Origin: Parasitella parasitica NRRL 2501 | Lineage: Eukaryota; Fungi; Mucoromycota | NCBI GenBank assembly: GCA_025201805.1 | Contig: MU619309.1 | Coordinates: 64,657-128,656, forward strand | Length of the DNA stretch: 64,000 bases | Direction: 5' to 3' | Shown: piece by piece, positions 26,434 through 40,261 of the stretch | Layout of the letters: every line of letters starts with the position of its first letter | Position numbering within the stretch: the first letter of the stretch is position 1 | Notes under the pieces: generated by a model | Told to the model about the DNA's origin: nothing | Database searches by the model: none | The model's input: the letters and a program-made list of their open reading frames with translations, nothing else | Made by a program: the position numbers and the translations under genes

Positions 26434-28094
26434 TCTATGTGCTCTGACTGAATGCCAAAAAAAAAAAAAAGGAAAATGTAATTGATACAAAAGAAAGAAG
26501 AACGGAAAAAAAAATAATCTAGATATTTTCATATATACAGAGGGAGACAATGTTATTGGTCAACAGATCACCTCAAATGGCTCAAAAGTCTCCCATTACG
26601 AGATGGTAATGACGATGAATATGATGTGCGTCTATCAGGTAGAACTGACGTTTTCAGTATTTGTTCATAGGACAAGGAATAGTTGCTTTTTGAAATCGAA
26701 TCGGTGGTAATAGTGCCATCAAATGCTACATTTATCAGATCAAGAAATCTTTTGTAGATCAGAAAATTAATCATCATGCCCCAATTCTTGTAGCCTGATA
26801 CTTGAGCCTTGACATTGCAACACTGTCTGAACCTTATTTATGTAAGGAAAGGCTAAAGGACATTTAGAGTCATTGGATGTGGACTATGTTTGCTTATACC
26901 CTTTATTTCTTCCTTATCTCACAAATATGAGTGTATACTATTAGCACTGTTTAAGAATTGAATGTATAAATTAATATGTAGCATAAAGACCTACAAAAAA
27001 AAAAGAGTGGTATGTTTGAATTTATAAATTTACTTTACTGGGATTGCGCTAACGCCAACAATATAAATCAAAGCTTTATGAATCAAAAATGAGTCTTGAG
27101 TTGGTTGTCAATCGCAAGAAGCTAACTTTGGTAGGTACCGCGCGGGTACCAAGACATATATGAGTAAGTAGCACATTTTATATTAGTAAATGACGAAGAG
27201 TTTTTTCTTTCTTTCTTGGATGTTGCAAATCGTAAAGTTAATAATTTATTACCACAGTAAAACGAAGGTGCTAACTCCACATGATCGAGGCTACAAGCCA
27301 AGGCATTGTCACTATAGTTTTTATCGTGTTATATAATCAAGCAAAAAGGCACATGGCCCTAGTACGATAACAACACTTAATAGAAACATTATATAGCCAA
27401 TACTCACGGAAAGCTAATAGGTATTTTGTCGCAGCATAGCCAATACAATATTAGCACCATTGAGGTTTGTAACAAAACTGAAAAGCCTATCTAGTTGAGT
27501 CCTTTACTTTGGCATATTGACGGTATAAAAAGGAAATCAGATAATTAGGTATGATATAAACAAATTTCAGGGCAGCAAATGAAAAGTTGGTGAATAAATT
27601 GCTCATTTGATTAAACTAAAAAGTCTGGAAGCTCTGAATTCATTAATAGCTTGGTAAAGGAAATTATTTCAAATACAAGAATAGCTGCTTCACAAGGTAA
27701 GCTGAACCAAAGATCGATTTATACCATGTCAAAGCGATTTGCAAAAATCACCGTAATGGACGAGGTCCATTCATACATACACATATCTATCGCGGGAAAT
27801 AAATAAGAGTTATCTAAAAAAAGTATGCTGGGAAACTCGCCTGGGAAACCAGCTTGGAGGTCTCCCATTTAAAATAATTGAAATTCAGANNNNNNNNNNG
27901 TTTCCTCTTGAATAAGTTCAATTAATTGCCTGCGGGATATGAAATCAGAGGTTTCCTTTTGGTCTCCTCAGGTTTCCCGACCCACATATAAATCAAGCTA
28001 TCCGGATATTAAGCAGGGCAGAAATTTCAATTATTCTTGTACCTCCTTCTTTTTTCTTTGTCTCTCTCAGTTTACAACATTATAAACCAACAAA

Positions 28095-30761
28095 ATGACA
28101 ATAGCAATGGACCCAACGAGCAACGAGACGGTTATCCAAAAAGAACCTCTACCTGAAAAACAAAAAAGCATAGACTTTTACCCTGGTGATTCAACTGATG
28201 AATATAAAGTGTACAAGACCGATTCTGCCGTCCTGGGCTCAAGAAATCTCAATCAAACGTCTATCATCAAATCAAGCAGTAAATATACATTCTATTGACA
28301 ATATTTATTGAGAAATTCAATAACACTATTATAGACTCGATTGATTTAGTAGCTACGGCACCTGTTAATGAGAACGATGAAGATTCTTCGTCAGTGTCAT
28401 CATCGTCGTTTGACTCGACATCTTATTTTGAGAAACCGTTGCGCACATTTTCTGAAGATACCATCCTAACGCCTTCAATTAGACCACCAAATAAGAAGGA
28501 CGCAATTCACGAAGAAGAAGATGAGGAGGAAGATGCAACAATTATCGCCTCTCCTATTAGGGATCTTCCTCCTTCTCAATCAGAATCTCGCCAATCAACT
28601 TCTACAATATCCTCGCTATCTGACTTGAAGGAAATTTCATTAAGCGAACAGCAACCATCAATGCCTGCACAAGAGAAAGAGGAAGAATATAATCCGCTTA
28701 AAATCATCACATCTGCTCTTGTAAGCGGCGAGAAACCACAAATTGCAGCTGTCCCTGTGCCAACTCGATTCCAACAAAAATCAGTTCCATTTTTGCCATC
28801 CAAAGATACCACCCACGAGTCCACTGTAACGCTCCTCAACCAGTCCTCAAGTTGTCCACTACCTACTCCAAGAGACAGCATCGATAATGAATCCATTAAG
28901 AGCGCTTCGACCGCTCGTTCTATATTTAATCTCTGGTCGCCATTCCGCTCATCCTCCTCTTTGAACACATCTCCTGCATCTTCGAGAAGACCATCCAAAC
29001 AGAATACAGTCCCTTCCATTAATACCACCTCTTCTGCTTCACGACCATCTGCATCATTTACCGCTAGACAGACCAAGCTATCGAGGCCTACTAGTGTTAT
29101 TTCACCTTTGCCCGGATTTCAAGAAACTCTGTTGGCACAAATGGAGCAATTAAACGTATCGAATACCAATGATCCCAAATCCAAAATGATCAAGAATCTC
29201 AAAAGACAGTCGCTTCGCCATAGTCTTGTGTCTCAAAACAAGGGTGATGATTATGATTGGGGTAAGAGCCGATGGGTCATATCGTTTGAAATCAAGTAGT
29301 TGCCTGCCTCTAACGCTTTGTCCTGCTCATCTAGACTTTTGGGCTGGAATTATGTGCGACTTTCAGAGCATCAGCAAGATCGATAAAGACCTAATTAACC
29401 AAATTCGATTCGGCATCCCCCCTTCTATTCGAGGCATGGTTTGGCAATTATTAGCTAAATCAAAGGATGAAGATTTGGTCGCAAAGTACATGGACTTACT
29501 CAAGCTGCCAAGTCCGTATGACAAAATGATTCAGCGTGATCTAGCTCGCACATTTCCAGGACACACTTACTTTAAAGAAACCGATGGGCAAGGCCAAGAA
29601 GGCCTTTATAACGTGGTTAGAGCCTACAGTCTATATGACACAGAAGTTGGCTATTGCCAAGGATTAGCATTTATTGTGGGTCCTATGCTATTAAATGTAG
29701 GTTATTACAGTGTCACGTTACTGGGGAAATAATTATGCTGATCAGACTATAGATGCCAGACGAAGACGCTTTCTGTGTGCTCATCCATCTGATGAACCAA
29801 TATGGCCTTAGAGGCCATTTCACACCAGATATGGATGGACTCCAAATGCGCTTATACCAGTTTGATGCGCTAGTGCAGGAACATTTGCCTCATGTAGCCC
29901 GTCATTTAAAGCAACAGGGCATCAATTCAACCATGTATGCCTCACAGTGGTTTATGACGCTGTTCGCTTATAAATTCCCCCTGAATCTTGTATATCGCAT
30001 ATACGATGTTATCTTTGCTGAAGGCATCAATTCTATCTTCAAATTTGCAATCGCCTTACTAAAGAGGAACCAGACAACTATCCTGGGGCTTGATTTTGAA
30101 CATGTACTAGACTTTTTGAAGAACGGTTTATTTGAAGAATATAAGGTATAGCTGTTGATTTTTTTTTGGGGGGGGGGGAGGAGGGGAGGAGGAGGTTTGC
30201 TAGCTCATATTAACCGAGATAGCTTAGGACGATGACCGTCGATTTGTTGCCGATGCTTGTCAACTGGAGTTTCCATCAAAAAGACTGCAGCAGTTAGAAA
30301 AAGAACATAAGACCTTGATACAAAAAGAACTGGCCGATGCCAACATTATCGATGAGCTTCAAAAATCAAATATTGAAATGCAAAGACAATTGAAAGCACT
30401 TGAAACAAAGACAGAAACATTGAAACAGGAGCACAACGACGTTAATAGCGAGTTTCAGAACACTTTACAGCAACTAAATACGCTTAAAGATGAAGGCTCG
30501 TCACTATCGATGTTGGTTAATTCATTAAAGAAGGCCGTTGATGAATTGCCAGAGAAGGTTGAATCCAAAACCAAAGTTCAATTTGAGAGTTTGTGCAGTG
30601 AAAATGCGTCGCTAATTGGACGCAATTCAACGCTAGAAGACCGGCTACAGAAAGCAGAATCCGTTCTGATTGATATAAAAATCCGATATGCTCAAAGTGA
30701 AAACGACAAGGAGTCATTGCACCAAAGATTATATGAATTAAAAAAACTCATGAGCTTTTAA
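28095..30761 (+). CDS. TBC-domain Rab-GAP (Gyp5/EVI5-like) with C-terminal coiled coil, 5 exons
   Basis: GIPPSIRGMVWQ, IQRDLARTFP (R-finger), GYCQGL (Q-finger) and YASQWFMTLF. Confidence 0.92.
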
Positions 30762-30780
30762 TACGAATAAAATTACAAAA

Positions 30781-32174
30781 TTAAATTTCGTCAGTTGTTC
30801 TAACGAGGTTATCACGATGGATAACGCAATCAGCGTCTATGTAACCCAAAATGTTGGGAATCTCTGTGCTACGGCAACGTTTGATACGGTTGATTTCGAT
30901 ACTGGTATAGTTGACAAGTCCCTTTCCAATGACAGTATCTTGAAATGTGCCATCTGGAAGCTTTCTACGCAGTGCGATAGCAACTGCTTGTTGTGCCACA
31001 AATTGGCCATCTACTTGAACAATACCTGCTGCAAACAAACTACTCTTTAAACGAGGGGTCAACATGGCCTTTGCGGCGCCTTCGTCTACGTAAATCGTGC
31101 CTGCTGTATGCAGACCGTACTGGATCCACCATTTGCGGTCTAATAACGGATTGTCCTTGGCAATAAATCTAGTGTGCAGAGGGTGTTCTGCAGTGAATTC
31201 AAGGGTGCTACTACTCTGCTTATCGGCCTCGATAATTTTAGCAATATTGAAAGCTTTCGATCCATTGGTGATGATGGTGGTTACACCAGCTGCAATAGCC
31301 AGATCAGCCGCAATTAATTTTGTTGCCATGCCACCTGTTCCAAGCGACGAGCCCATTGAGGCAACCGAGACTGAGCGAAATTAAGGGGTAAGCAGACAAC
31401 AAACAAAGCAAGTGTAATAGACATTTACCTTGCTCTCTCAGGTTGACTATATCATCGCAAACAGTAACAGGCTTTGCATCAGGGTTCGTACGGGGATTGT
31501 CGGTGTAGAGACAGTCAACGTCAGTCAACAAAAACAGGTAATCTGCCTTGATCATACCGGCCATCACTGCAGCCAAAGTGTCGTTATCGCCAAAACGAAC
31601 ACCCTGTGTGGAAATAGTATCGTTTTCATTGACTATAGGCACAACGCCCATATCTAGCAGCTCTTCTAGGCAATTGACTGCATTGAGATATTGAGAGCGA
31701 TCAGCAAGATCGTTTTTTGTTAGCAAGAGTTGAGCAACAGGCTGGTGAAATTGGCCAAACAGATCATCATACAATGCCATTAAGCGACCCTGACCTACTG
31801 CAGCTACAGCCTTGACTGGACGTTAATATCTGCAAAAGTAAGGAAGATGCCGAAATGGAAACATCTACCTGTTTGGCTGCCAATTTAGAGGGCTTTTCTG
31901 CCATGTTCAATCTTCGCAGGCCTATTTCCCGGGTTAGACCATGATTCACAAATTCAGAAGAGACATTACCTGTTCCAATGGCAGCGCTTGTTACTAAGAT
32001 AACACGATGGCCGCTGCTTCTCAAGTTCAGGACGCTTTCAACCAAGGCCGACAAATTGGACAATAATGGAAAATGTGTTGCCTCATTGCAAATTGACGAG
32101 GTTCCGATCTTTAGCACAATCGTAAGAGAGGATTTGTCGGCACGATGGTTGTTTTGCTGGTTTTTATGAAGCAT
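30781..32174 (-). CDS. PRO1: Glutamate 5-kinase with PUA domain, 4 exons
   Basis: [37 protein letters not shown] and a C-terminal PUA domain. Confidence 0.95.
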
Positions 32175-32214
32175 GTTGTTTGTAAGAATAGAAGAAGGAA
32201 TCTCAAGAATCGAA

Positions 32215-32223
32215 ATGACTCAC
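32215..32223. promoter_or_regulatory. Gcn4/CpcA (AP-1) site ATGACTCAC upstream of PRO1
   Basis: Perfect TGACTCA about 40 bp upstream of the ATG of an amino-acid biosynthesis gene. Confidence 0.5.
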
Positions 32224-33060
32224 AGTTGCTTTATATACATCCAGGAAAAAAATTTAAATAATCTGCTTGATGGGACTCCGCATCTCGCATGCTCAAAATG
32301 ATCTTCCGTTGCGTGAGACATTTCAGACATGTAGACGATAACAGGCTTTCAAAGAAAAGAACAGACGTGAGTATTGTAACTGGAACATCTAGGCGGTTTA
32401 TAGGCAGCCAACTAAAGTTAGATCATGCTAAAAGCATCGCTAATTTTTCAAGGCAAATAGTTTAGACATTGATTACCGCAGCAACTTGTATTACATGTCA
32501 ACACAACATGCGTGGGTATTCCTGGTTACGGAGATAATCTATTGATTCATTCTTGATGGCAAAGTCTCTCAAGGGGTATTCAACATTACATACAGATGTG
32601 GCAACAGCAAATGTCAAAATTATATTCAATATCCGATCTCTATTCAAATGCTTATTAGGAGATTGATGGCTTCATAGCACGCATTGTGGTGTCTATTGGT
32701 AGCCCCCCAGACCAATTCTATTTTGCTTACTGAATAGATTATTTGTGAAGGTATAGCCGCTAAAAAATTAAACTATATAACTCAATGCAAATTTTGTTAA
32801 AATTATTCAATCCAGTAAAACCTTGAAATGGGAGCGGCAGGAGCGTCTCCTGAGCTATCCAAACGCTCGCTACTACAACTACTATTACCGGTACAACTAG
32901 CTGATATTTGAACGCCAGTCTTTCATGTAACCGGGTGACGTATGTGAAGGAAGATAGATTTGACGCGCAATACTCTTAAGAAAAAAGGCATAGAATACTG
33001 TAATTGCAATTTTCTTCTTTCCTTAGACACAAATATCCACCAAAAAAAAAAGATAAATAA

Positions 33061-34348
33061 ATGAAGAAAGAAGGTATCAAATCTTACTACCAGGCTAAAA
33101 TTGAAGAATGCGAATTAGTCATGAATGAAAAGTCTCAAGATTTGAGACGTTTGGAGGCACAAAGGAATGCTTTAAACGCCAAAGGTATACTTTGCAGAAC
33201 GAAATTCTTGATTTAAGACTACTCACCGCTTTCAAAAGTTCGTCTCTTGAAAGAAGAGCTTCAATTATTACAAGAGCCTGGATCTTATGTTGGCGAAGTT
33301 GTCAAGGTGATGGGCAAGAAGAAGGTCTTGGTTAAGGTATGTTGTTTTCTGCGATAGCGACCCACATGGATTCAAACAAAGGAACATGTAGGTTCATCCT
33401 GAAGGAAAGTTTGTCGTTGATCTCGGTGCAGACATTGATGTTGCGCAATTAACACCAACAACCCGCGTGGCCCTCCGCAACGACTCTTATCAACTTCACA
33501 AAGTATTACCCAACAAAATCGACCCTCTTGTATCTCTCATGATGGTCGAGAAAGTGCCTGATTCTACATATGAAATGGTAGGTGGTCTTGACCAGCAAAT
33601 CAAGGAAATAAAGGAAGTGATTGAACTACCTGTCAAACACCCTGAACTCTTTGAAGCACTTGGCATTGCGCAACCCAAAGGTGTTTTGCTGTACGGTCCA
33701 CCTGGTACCGGTAAGACGCTTTTGGCCAGAGCTGTCGCCCATCACACAGATTGTCGCTTTATTCGTGTGTCTGGTTCAGAATTAGTGCAGAAATATATCG
33801 GTGAAGGTAGTCGAATGGTTCGCGAACTTTTTGTAATGGCCAGAGAGCATGCTCCTTCGATTATTTTCATGGATGAAATTGATTCCATTGGCTCGGCTCG
33901 TATGGAGAGTGGCGGCGGTGGTGATTCTGAAGTACAAAGAACCATGCTCGAGTTGCTGAATCAATTGGATGGCTTTGAAGCGACAAAAAACATCAAGGTC
34001 ATTATGGCAACCAATCGTATAGATATTTTAGATCCTGCATTACTACGTCCTGGACGTATTGATCGTAAGATTGAATTCCCTCCTCCAAGCGAGGAGGCTC
34101 GTGCTGACATTTTGAAGATTCACTCTCGCAAGATGAACTTGACTCGTGGCATTAATCTTCGTAAAATTGCAGAAAAGATGAGCGGAAGTAGTGGTGCGGA
34201 GGTCAAGGCTGTCTGTACAGAAGCCGGTATGTTTGCTCTGCGTGAGCGCCGTGTTCACGTTACTCAGGAAGACTTTGAGATGTCTGTTGCAAAAGTCATG
34301 AAGAAGGATTCCGATGCAAATACCAGTTTGAAGAAACTTTGGAAGTAG
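33061..34348 (+). CDS. RPT6: 26S proteasome AAA ATPase Rpt6 (PSMC5), 3 exons
   Basis: [46 protein letters not shown] and a C-terminal KKLWK. Confidence 0.97.
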
Positions 34349-34389
34349 ACTCGCTAATAAAATACATATATACATATATATACAACTGT

Positions 34390-35153
34390 TTATTTCTGTT
34401 CCTTTTTCAGCTTTTTCTCTAACTCTGCCAGCTCTGCCTCTAATGTTTGCAATTTGGTATCTAATAATTCATTGTATTCATCTTCTGAAAGCTGATGGAT
34501 GGGGAACCACGAGGGCAGATTAATATACTTTAGCAGACTAAATCCCGTCTTTTTCTGCTCCTCTTGCATGTTGTTCTGCCTCATTGTAAATTGGAATTTA
34601 GAATCATCCAATTTGCCGCTCTCCAAGATGGATTCCTGACGCCAATTGTTTCCTGCAGTGAAAACTGCCTGAATGCCTGTGCAGAGGGTACCAAACATTA
34701 CAGCTCCTGAAATCATGCTCTTTGGCCCTTTGTATGCTGCTGATAACAGGCCTCCAGTAGTGACTCCTGCCATGGCACTACTGAATAATGCATCAAAGTC
34801 TCTGGTTTGTGAGTCTTTTAATCCAAATTGTGCGTTTTTCTGTCGCTGGTAAGTGATGAATGTTTCTCTGACCACTGTCGCAAAGAGATGTCAGTCCAAT
34901 ATGTTTCATAATTGTATAAGAATAAACCTACAGAAAAATGTAGCTCCAAAGACTCCACAATTTAAGCCTGTCGATACAGTCCATTGCTTTACGGGTGCAT
35001 TCTTGAGAACAGCGATCGTAGCGCCTGTGGATGCACCTGCCAATGCTATATTCAACGAATGTCAACAAAAAGTAATTGCATCCCATAAAACGACATACCA
35101 ACTAGTCCTGATCCAACAAGGACGGTCTTTGCCGTGTCACTCTTTCTACTCAT
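34390..35153 (-). CDS. Tim17/Tim22/Tim23-family-like membrane protein, 3 exons
   Basis: Gly-zipper TM helices (ALAGASTGATIA, TGLNCGVFGATFF, SSAMAGVTTGGLL, GAVMFGTLCTG) and a coiled-coil tail. Confidence 0.65.
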
Positions 35154-36056
35154 ATACTTTTTGTTATACCAGGGGTAAATAGTATGTGTAAAGCACATTA
35201 GAAATCATGTCAAAAACTGCTCTTTATTACCGAGTAATTCGAGTCACAGGGGAGTACAATTGCAATCCTGGATTAGCATTCGACATCGATTGTTGATCAT
35301 AGTATGATTTTAATACAACGGTATACATGAAACAGTAGTCAAACGATGCAGAATAATCGCATCGAAATGGCATTAAAATGTGTCAAACAGCGTATCTGTT
35401 AAACAAGTACGTTTGTAGCTTTTGAGGTTTTTTCACAAGCTCAAGTATTTTTTTTTTTTCAACAGAATCCTGATTATACTTGACAAATACCTGATTTTAT
35501 ATTTTTCTCGGTCTTTCTGTTAATGCTTCATGTTGCAAATGTTGGTATAATGAGGGCAAAAATAAACCGGCACTGTGATATCGAACGCTGCCGGGATGCT
35601 TGACGGCATCTGCTTTTGGACTAAACGGATACTTACATTTGCACACTGTATAGTGTGCGCCAGTGTGCGCTACGGTGAGTAACAGTAAACCGATGAAGGA
35701 CTATGCGTAAACAACGCAACTCGTGAGACATGGCTGTCAGTTAAAAAAAAAAAGGGCACATTCTTCAATATGCATGCATAAAACACCACCGTTACTTTTT
35801 GCAAGCAGCATCATGGCATCTTGCCCATGTAGCAAGTAAAGAAAATGCTAACTTACCGTACGGCATGCTTCCCTCTTGGACCTGATTTCAACAGGGATTT
35901 TGAACCTTTGCTTGAGGAAACTTAGTCACCTGCAATGCTTCACTTTTTTACCTTCTTCACAAGCCTCAAATTTTTTTTTGACAAATTTAAAGAACCCATT
36001 TTGATTGATATTTCTTTTTTTTTTTGTATTTTTCAAATAGACAACATCATAAAATC

Positions 36057-37556
36057 ATGGGTAAAGATTCCAGCAAGCATGTGGGTAATCGCCCTCAACG
36101 CCATGATCCTTTGCATGTGCAATTGGCTGACATGCCTGAGAATAACACCTTGAAAAAGGCCACCCGTCAGAAATTTGTAGATCGTAATAACAGAGCAGAG
36201 GAAGCGGGCGAGGTAAAAACCCAAATAATAATAAAAAAATAAAAAAATAAAAAGTAAAAAATTATATCACTTTGATTACTGACACATTATGTAGGAATAC
36301 TTGGACGCCAAACTTTCCAAAAAGATTTTGAAAATCGCTAGAGAGCAGCAAGAACAAATCGAAAAGCAAAATGAGGACGAAGAAGAAAGGTACAATGGAA
36401 AGATCCCGCCTTGCAAATCATGTGCTGACATTGTCGCCTTTCTTTTAGAGATTCTTCTGTAAAAAATAAATATCCCTTGGGCTTTGAGATTGATGAAGAA
36501 GAAATTGAGGAGATTGACCAATACGCAAATTACGAAGAGTTAGAAATCGATGCAGCAGATGCTGATGTGCTAGAAAAGTTTCTGCCCAGTGCGCCAAGAG
36601 AGAAAAAGACATTGGCAGATTTGATTATGGAAAAGATCAATGAAAAGAACGCAGCTGAAGCTAGAGAAGCCCATGAAGGCGAAGACGAGCTATCGCCTTC
36701 TGTCAATCCCAAGGTCGTCGAAGTATACACAAAGTAGGTGATACATCATTTTTAGATGATGCATAAATTTTCTAACGACATGTGCAGAGTGGGTCAGTTA
36801 TTAAGTCGCTATAAATCTGGCAAGTTACCCAAGGCCTTCAAGATCATCCCTTCGCTAGGAAACTGGGAAGAAATTCTTTACTACACTGCACCTGAAAACT
36901 GGACACCTCATGCTACGTATGAAGCTACCCGTATGTTTGTCTCTAATTTGAAAGCTAGACAAGTCCAACGTTTCTTTTCGCTTGTGCTCTTGGATCGTGT
37001 CCGTGATGACATTGCTGAAAACAAAAAGTTGAGCTATCATCTCTATTTGGCCCTCAAAAAGGGACTCTATAAGCCTGCTGCTTTCTTTAAGGGTATTCTT
37101 TTCCCTCTCTGTGAGTCTGGTAACTGTACATTGAAAGAAGCTGCCATCCTCGGCAGTGTCCTCACAAAAGTATCTATTCCCGTTTTGCATTCCTCTGCTG
37201 CCATCTTACGTTTGGCTGAAATGGAGTACACTGGCCCAAACTCCTTGTTCATTCGTATTTTGCTCGACAAAAAGTACGCTTTACCCTTCAAGGTTGTTGA
37301 TGCTCTTGTGATGCATTTTGCTCGTTTCATGAACGATCCTCGTGATATGCCTGTGCTTTGGCATCAGTCCATGCTGGTGTTTGTTCAACGCTATAAGCAA
37401 GACTTGGTAGGTGAGCAGAAAGACATTTTATTAGAGGTTATGAAAAAGAAATATCACAATGGTATTTCTCCTGAAGTTCGTCGTGAAATTGTCCATTCTC
37501 AAGCAAGAGATGAAATGTTGGCCGAAAAAGACGACGATATCATGATGATGGAGTAA
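36057..37556 (+). CDS. ENP1: Bystin / Enp1 40S biogenesis factor, 4 exons
   Basis: [44 protein letters not shown] and PVLWHQ. Confidence 0.96.
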
Positions 37557-37759
37557 AACCTTCTTGCAACCCACGAAACTCTCCCTCCCCCCTCCCCCCC
37601 TCCTCTTCCTCCTTTGCTTCTCTAATTTTTGCACATATTCTATATATAAAGATCATTTCCCACATTAACAAAAAGATGCTTAGTATATATATTTTATTAA
37701 AAAAAAAAGTATATTATATTTTTGTATATAAAATGTGTGATTATTGCTTTGTTTATGGT

Positions 37760-39858
37760 TTATAATACGAGTGATGATGTTGGAGGTGGCGGTGGAGATT
37801 GTGCAGGCTGTGGTGGAGGAGGCGACAGTTGTTGCTGTTGATTAGCTGCTAATTTTTTACCTTTGAGCATGTTCTTTAGTGCTCTCAAAGCAAAGACAGT
37901 TAAACCAATTCCGGCCCAATCTTCGTCATGTAAATCACGCAAATCGCCAACTGTCATGATATCTTGGTTTTGTAACTTTCTAGCCCATTCATGTGCTTTG
38001 TCTGCCCCACGGTGTGACGCTTGAGCACAATCTGCAACAAACACACCGATATCCGTGTCATCTGAATATTCTGCAAAAAGAGTATCAGCATCAGCCTGTA
38101 TATAAATACACAAAAACGAAACATACCATCCAATATGTGATTGACAAGCTTTTCCCTCTCTTCTTGAGTGTGTCCATTTGTTATCGGCAAACTGGAGGAC
38201 ACGGTTTCGCTTAATCCGGTCTCTGATAAAGACGTAGGCGACTTTAACTCTTCCAGTTCTCGTAAATTCTTCAGAGCCTCCCGATATCTAGTTTCGGCGG
38301 CACGAGCTCTGTTTTCAAAATCATCACATTTTTGCTCGATTTCAAGCACACGATCAGTGGCATGATTCAAGTCCTCACGAGTGCGATCTAATTCGTTACG
38401 GATATCGCTTTCTCGTCTCCAGACAGATCTGCGCACTTGCTCAGCTTGCTCGGATTCTGTAGGCTTATCAATGTCACGCAGTATACGGTTGATTTCCTTT
38501 GTGATATGGTGCTGATAGCGTTCAGGCAACACTTGCTCTTCGATCATTTCCCGCACGACTTCCTCAGCAGTGTCTGTCTCCACATTAAAGTCGAACTTGA
38601 CGGACAGTTTGTCCATACCCTTGAACACCACTTGAAGCGTAAGATGAACGTTGTCTGGATCCGCAGCCAACAGCACAACATCGGGCTCCACTGCCAGAAA
38701 TGAATGTTCCAGAATTTCCTGTGCTGACATACGTTCATCTTCGTTGCTAAGACAATTTTCAATGACATTCAATACTTCGGGATTTTGCACCTTCAGGAGA
38801 CAAGCAGGTTTAATGCCCTTGAATGAATGAACACGAAAATTAATCAAGTGATATCATGCTACGAGAAGAATACTTACAGCAGAGACCTTTTTGTAAATCT
38901 GTGCCGCATTTTTGCATTCGCCGTACGGGTATTCACCTGTTGCCATTTCCAGCAAACACATACCGAACGCATAGATGTCGACCTTTTCGTTATAGCCCTG
39001 TTCCTCGTACATCTCTGGAGCCATGAACTCGGGAGTGCCGATGACTGTGTACTTTTTACCCAGCTTCATTTCTGCCGTGCCCATGTCGCCAATCTTGACT
39101 TCGCCGTGAGCGCCATTGATAAAGATGTTGTCGCACTTGATGTCTCGATGGATGATGGGAGGATTGTGGCCGTGCAGATAAGCCAGCCCCTTGAGGATTT
39201 GACGTGACCAACGTTTGATGATCTTGAGGTTTGGAAGTGGTGCCAGCTTCCTAATGTATTCACGAAGCGTGCCCGAAGTCATGAGTTCTGTGATAAAGAC
39301 AAACTCGTTCTCACCGTACCAAGCATCGTGAAAGGCAATGATGTTGGGATGGCGAACCGATTTCAAAATCTGGATCTCATGCTCCAAGTCCTTGTTGTTT
39401 GGCGATTGCATGGATTGCATTGTGTTCCATGCAACTTCGTAGCCTTCTTCACGATCAATGGCTTTGTAGACTACTTTATACGCTCCTTTACCGAGCAGTG
39501 TGTTGAGCTTTACGTATCTTTCATTAGGAGACACTTCCACCACCTTCTCGACGTCATGCGAGCTGGATTGGTCGTTTATCTCGGTGTGTGGCGGGATGCC
39601 GTAAGCGCTGTCCAATGTACTGCGATGCTGAAATGATGTACGCGTGGGGTAACTGTGGTATAGCTCATCTGGGCTTTGCTGATTTGTTATGGTATCGTTG
39701 GCACTAAACGACTGTGAGAGTGGTGCATAATAGTTGGAATATTCTTCGTTGGTTTTATTGTCGTTGAACTGTGGTGTTGCAACACTGTCTGAGCTAAAGC
39801 GAACGTGTAGGCTATTGCTTCGCTCCAGCGATTGTTGCTGCTGATTATCAGAAGACAT
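37760..39858 (-). CDS. WNK-family Ser/Thr kinase (PkpA-like) with CCT/PF2-like domain, coiled coil and SAM-like tail; 3 exons
   Basis: LGKGAYKVVYK has the lysine in subdomain I and EVAWN lacks it in subdomain II. Also ITELMTSGTL, PPIIHRDIKCDNIFING and VIGTPEFMAPEMY. Confidence 0.92.
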
Positions 39859-40261
39859 GATTTGTATTTTGAACAAACAGAGAGACGAAAAAAAAAAAAA
39901 AAAAAAAAAGCAATCTTGGTTTTTTAAAGGGTTTTGTTCGAGAATTCGATAAAGAATTAGCTCTAGTGAATTCTACGTATGCAATACAAATTCAACGTCG
40001 TATTAGTATTTATTTATTTGGGAGGAAAGAGAAGGGAGAGAAAGAAAAAATGAATTTCGAAAGAAGAAGACGAAGAAGAAACCGAAAAAACAAAACAAAA
40101 CAAAAAAAAAAAAAAGGTTTTGTGTTGGGTCGAATGACGCTTAGAACTAGGCTCTGGTTCCAAGCAATTTCCTTTTAACGCTTGGTGGTACTTGAAGACC
40201 TGACAGACCCGTTTGATAATATCCAAATTACATAATATCCATGTAACACCAGAGAGTTGAT

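Noticed and set aside
26828-26860. CCTTATTTATGTAAGGAAA resembling the U12 snRNA 5' end
   Set aside because: The spacing is too short and the rest of the U12 structure is not evident. Probably chance; Infernal would settle it.
27133-27150. GC-rich palindromes GGTACCGCGCGGGTACC and GCGTCGAGTCGACGC (42341-42355) as Helitron 3' hairpins
   Set aside because: No properly spaced CTRR terminus and no other element features.
35966-35981. RRPE-like AAATTTTTT upstream of ENP1
   Set aside because: Poly-T/A tracts are ubiquitous here and no adjacent PAC motif is present.
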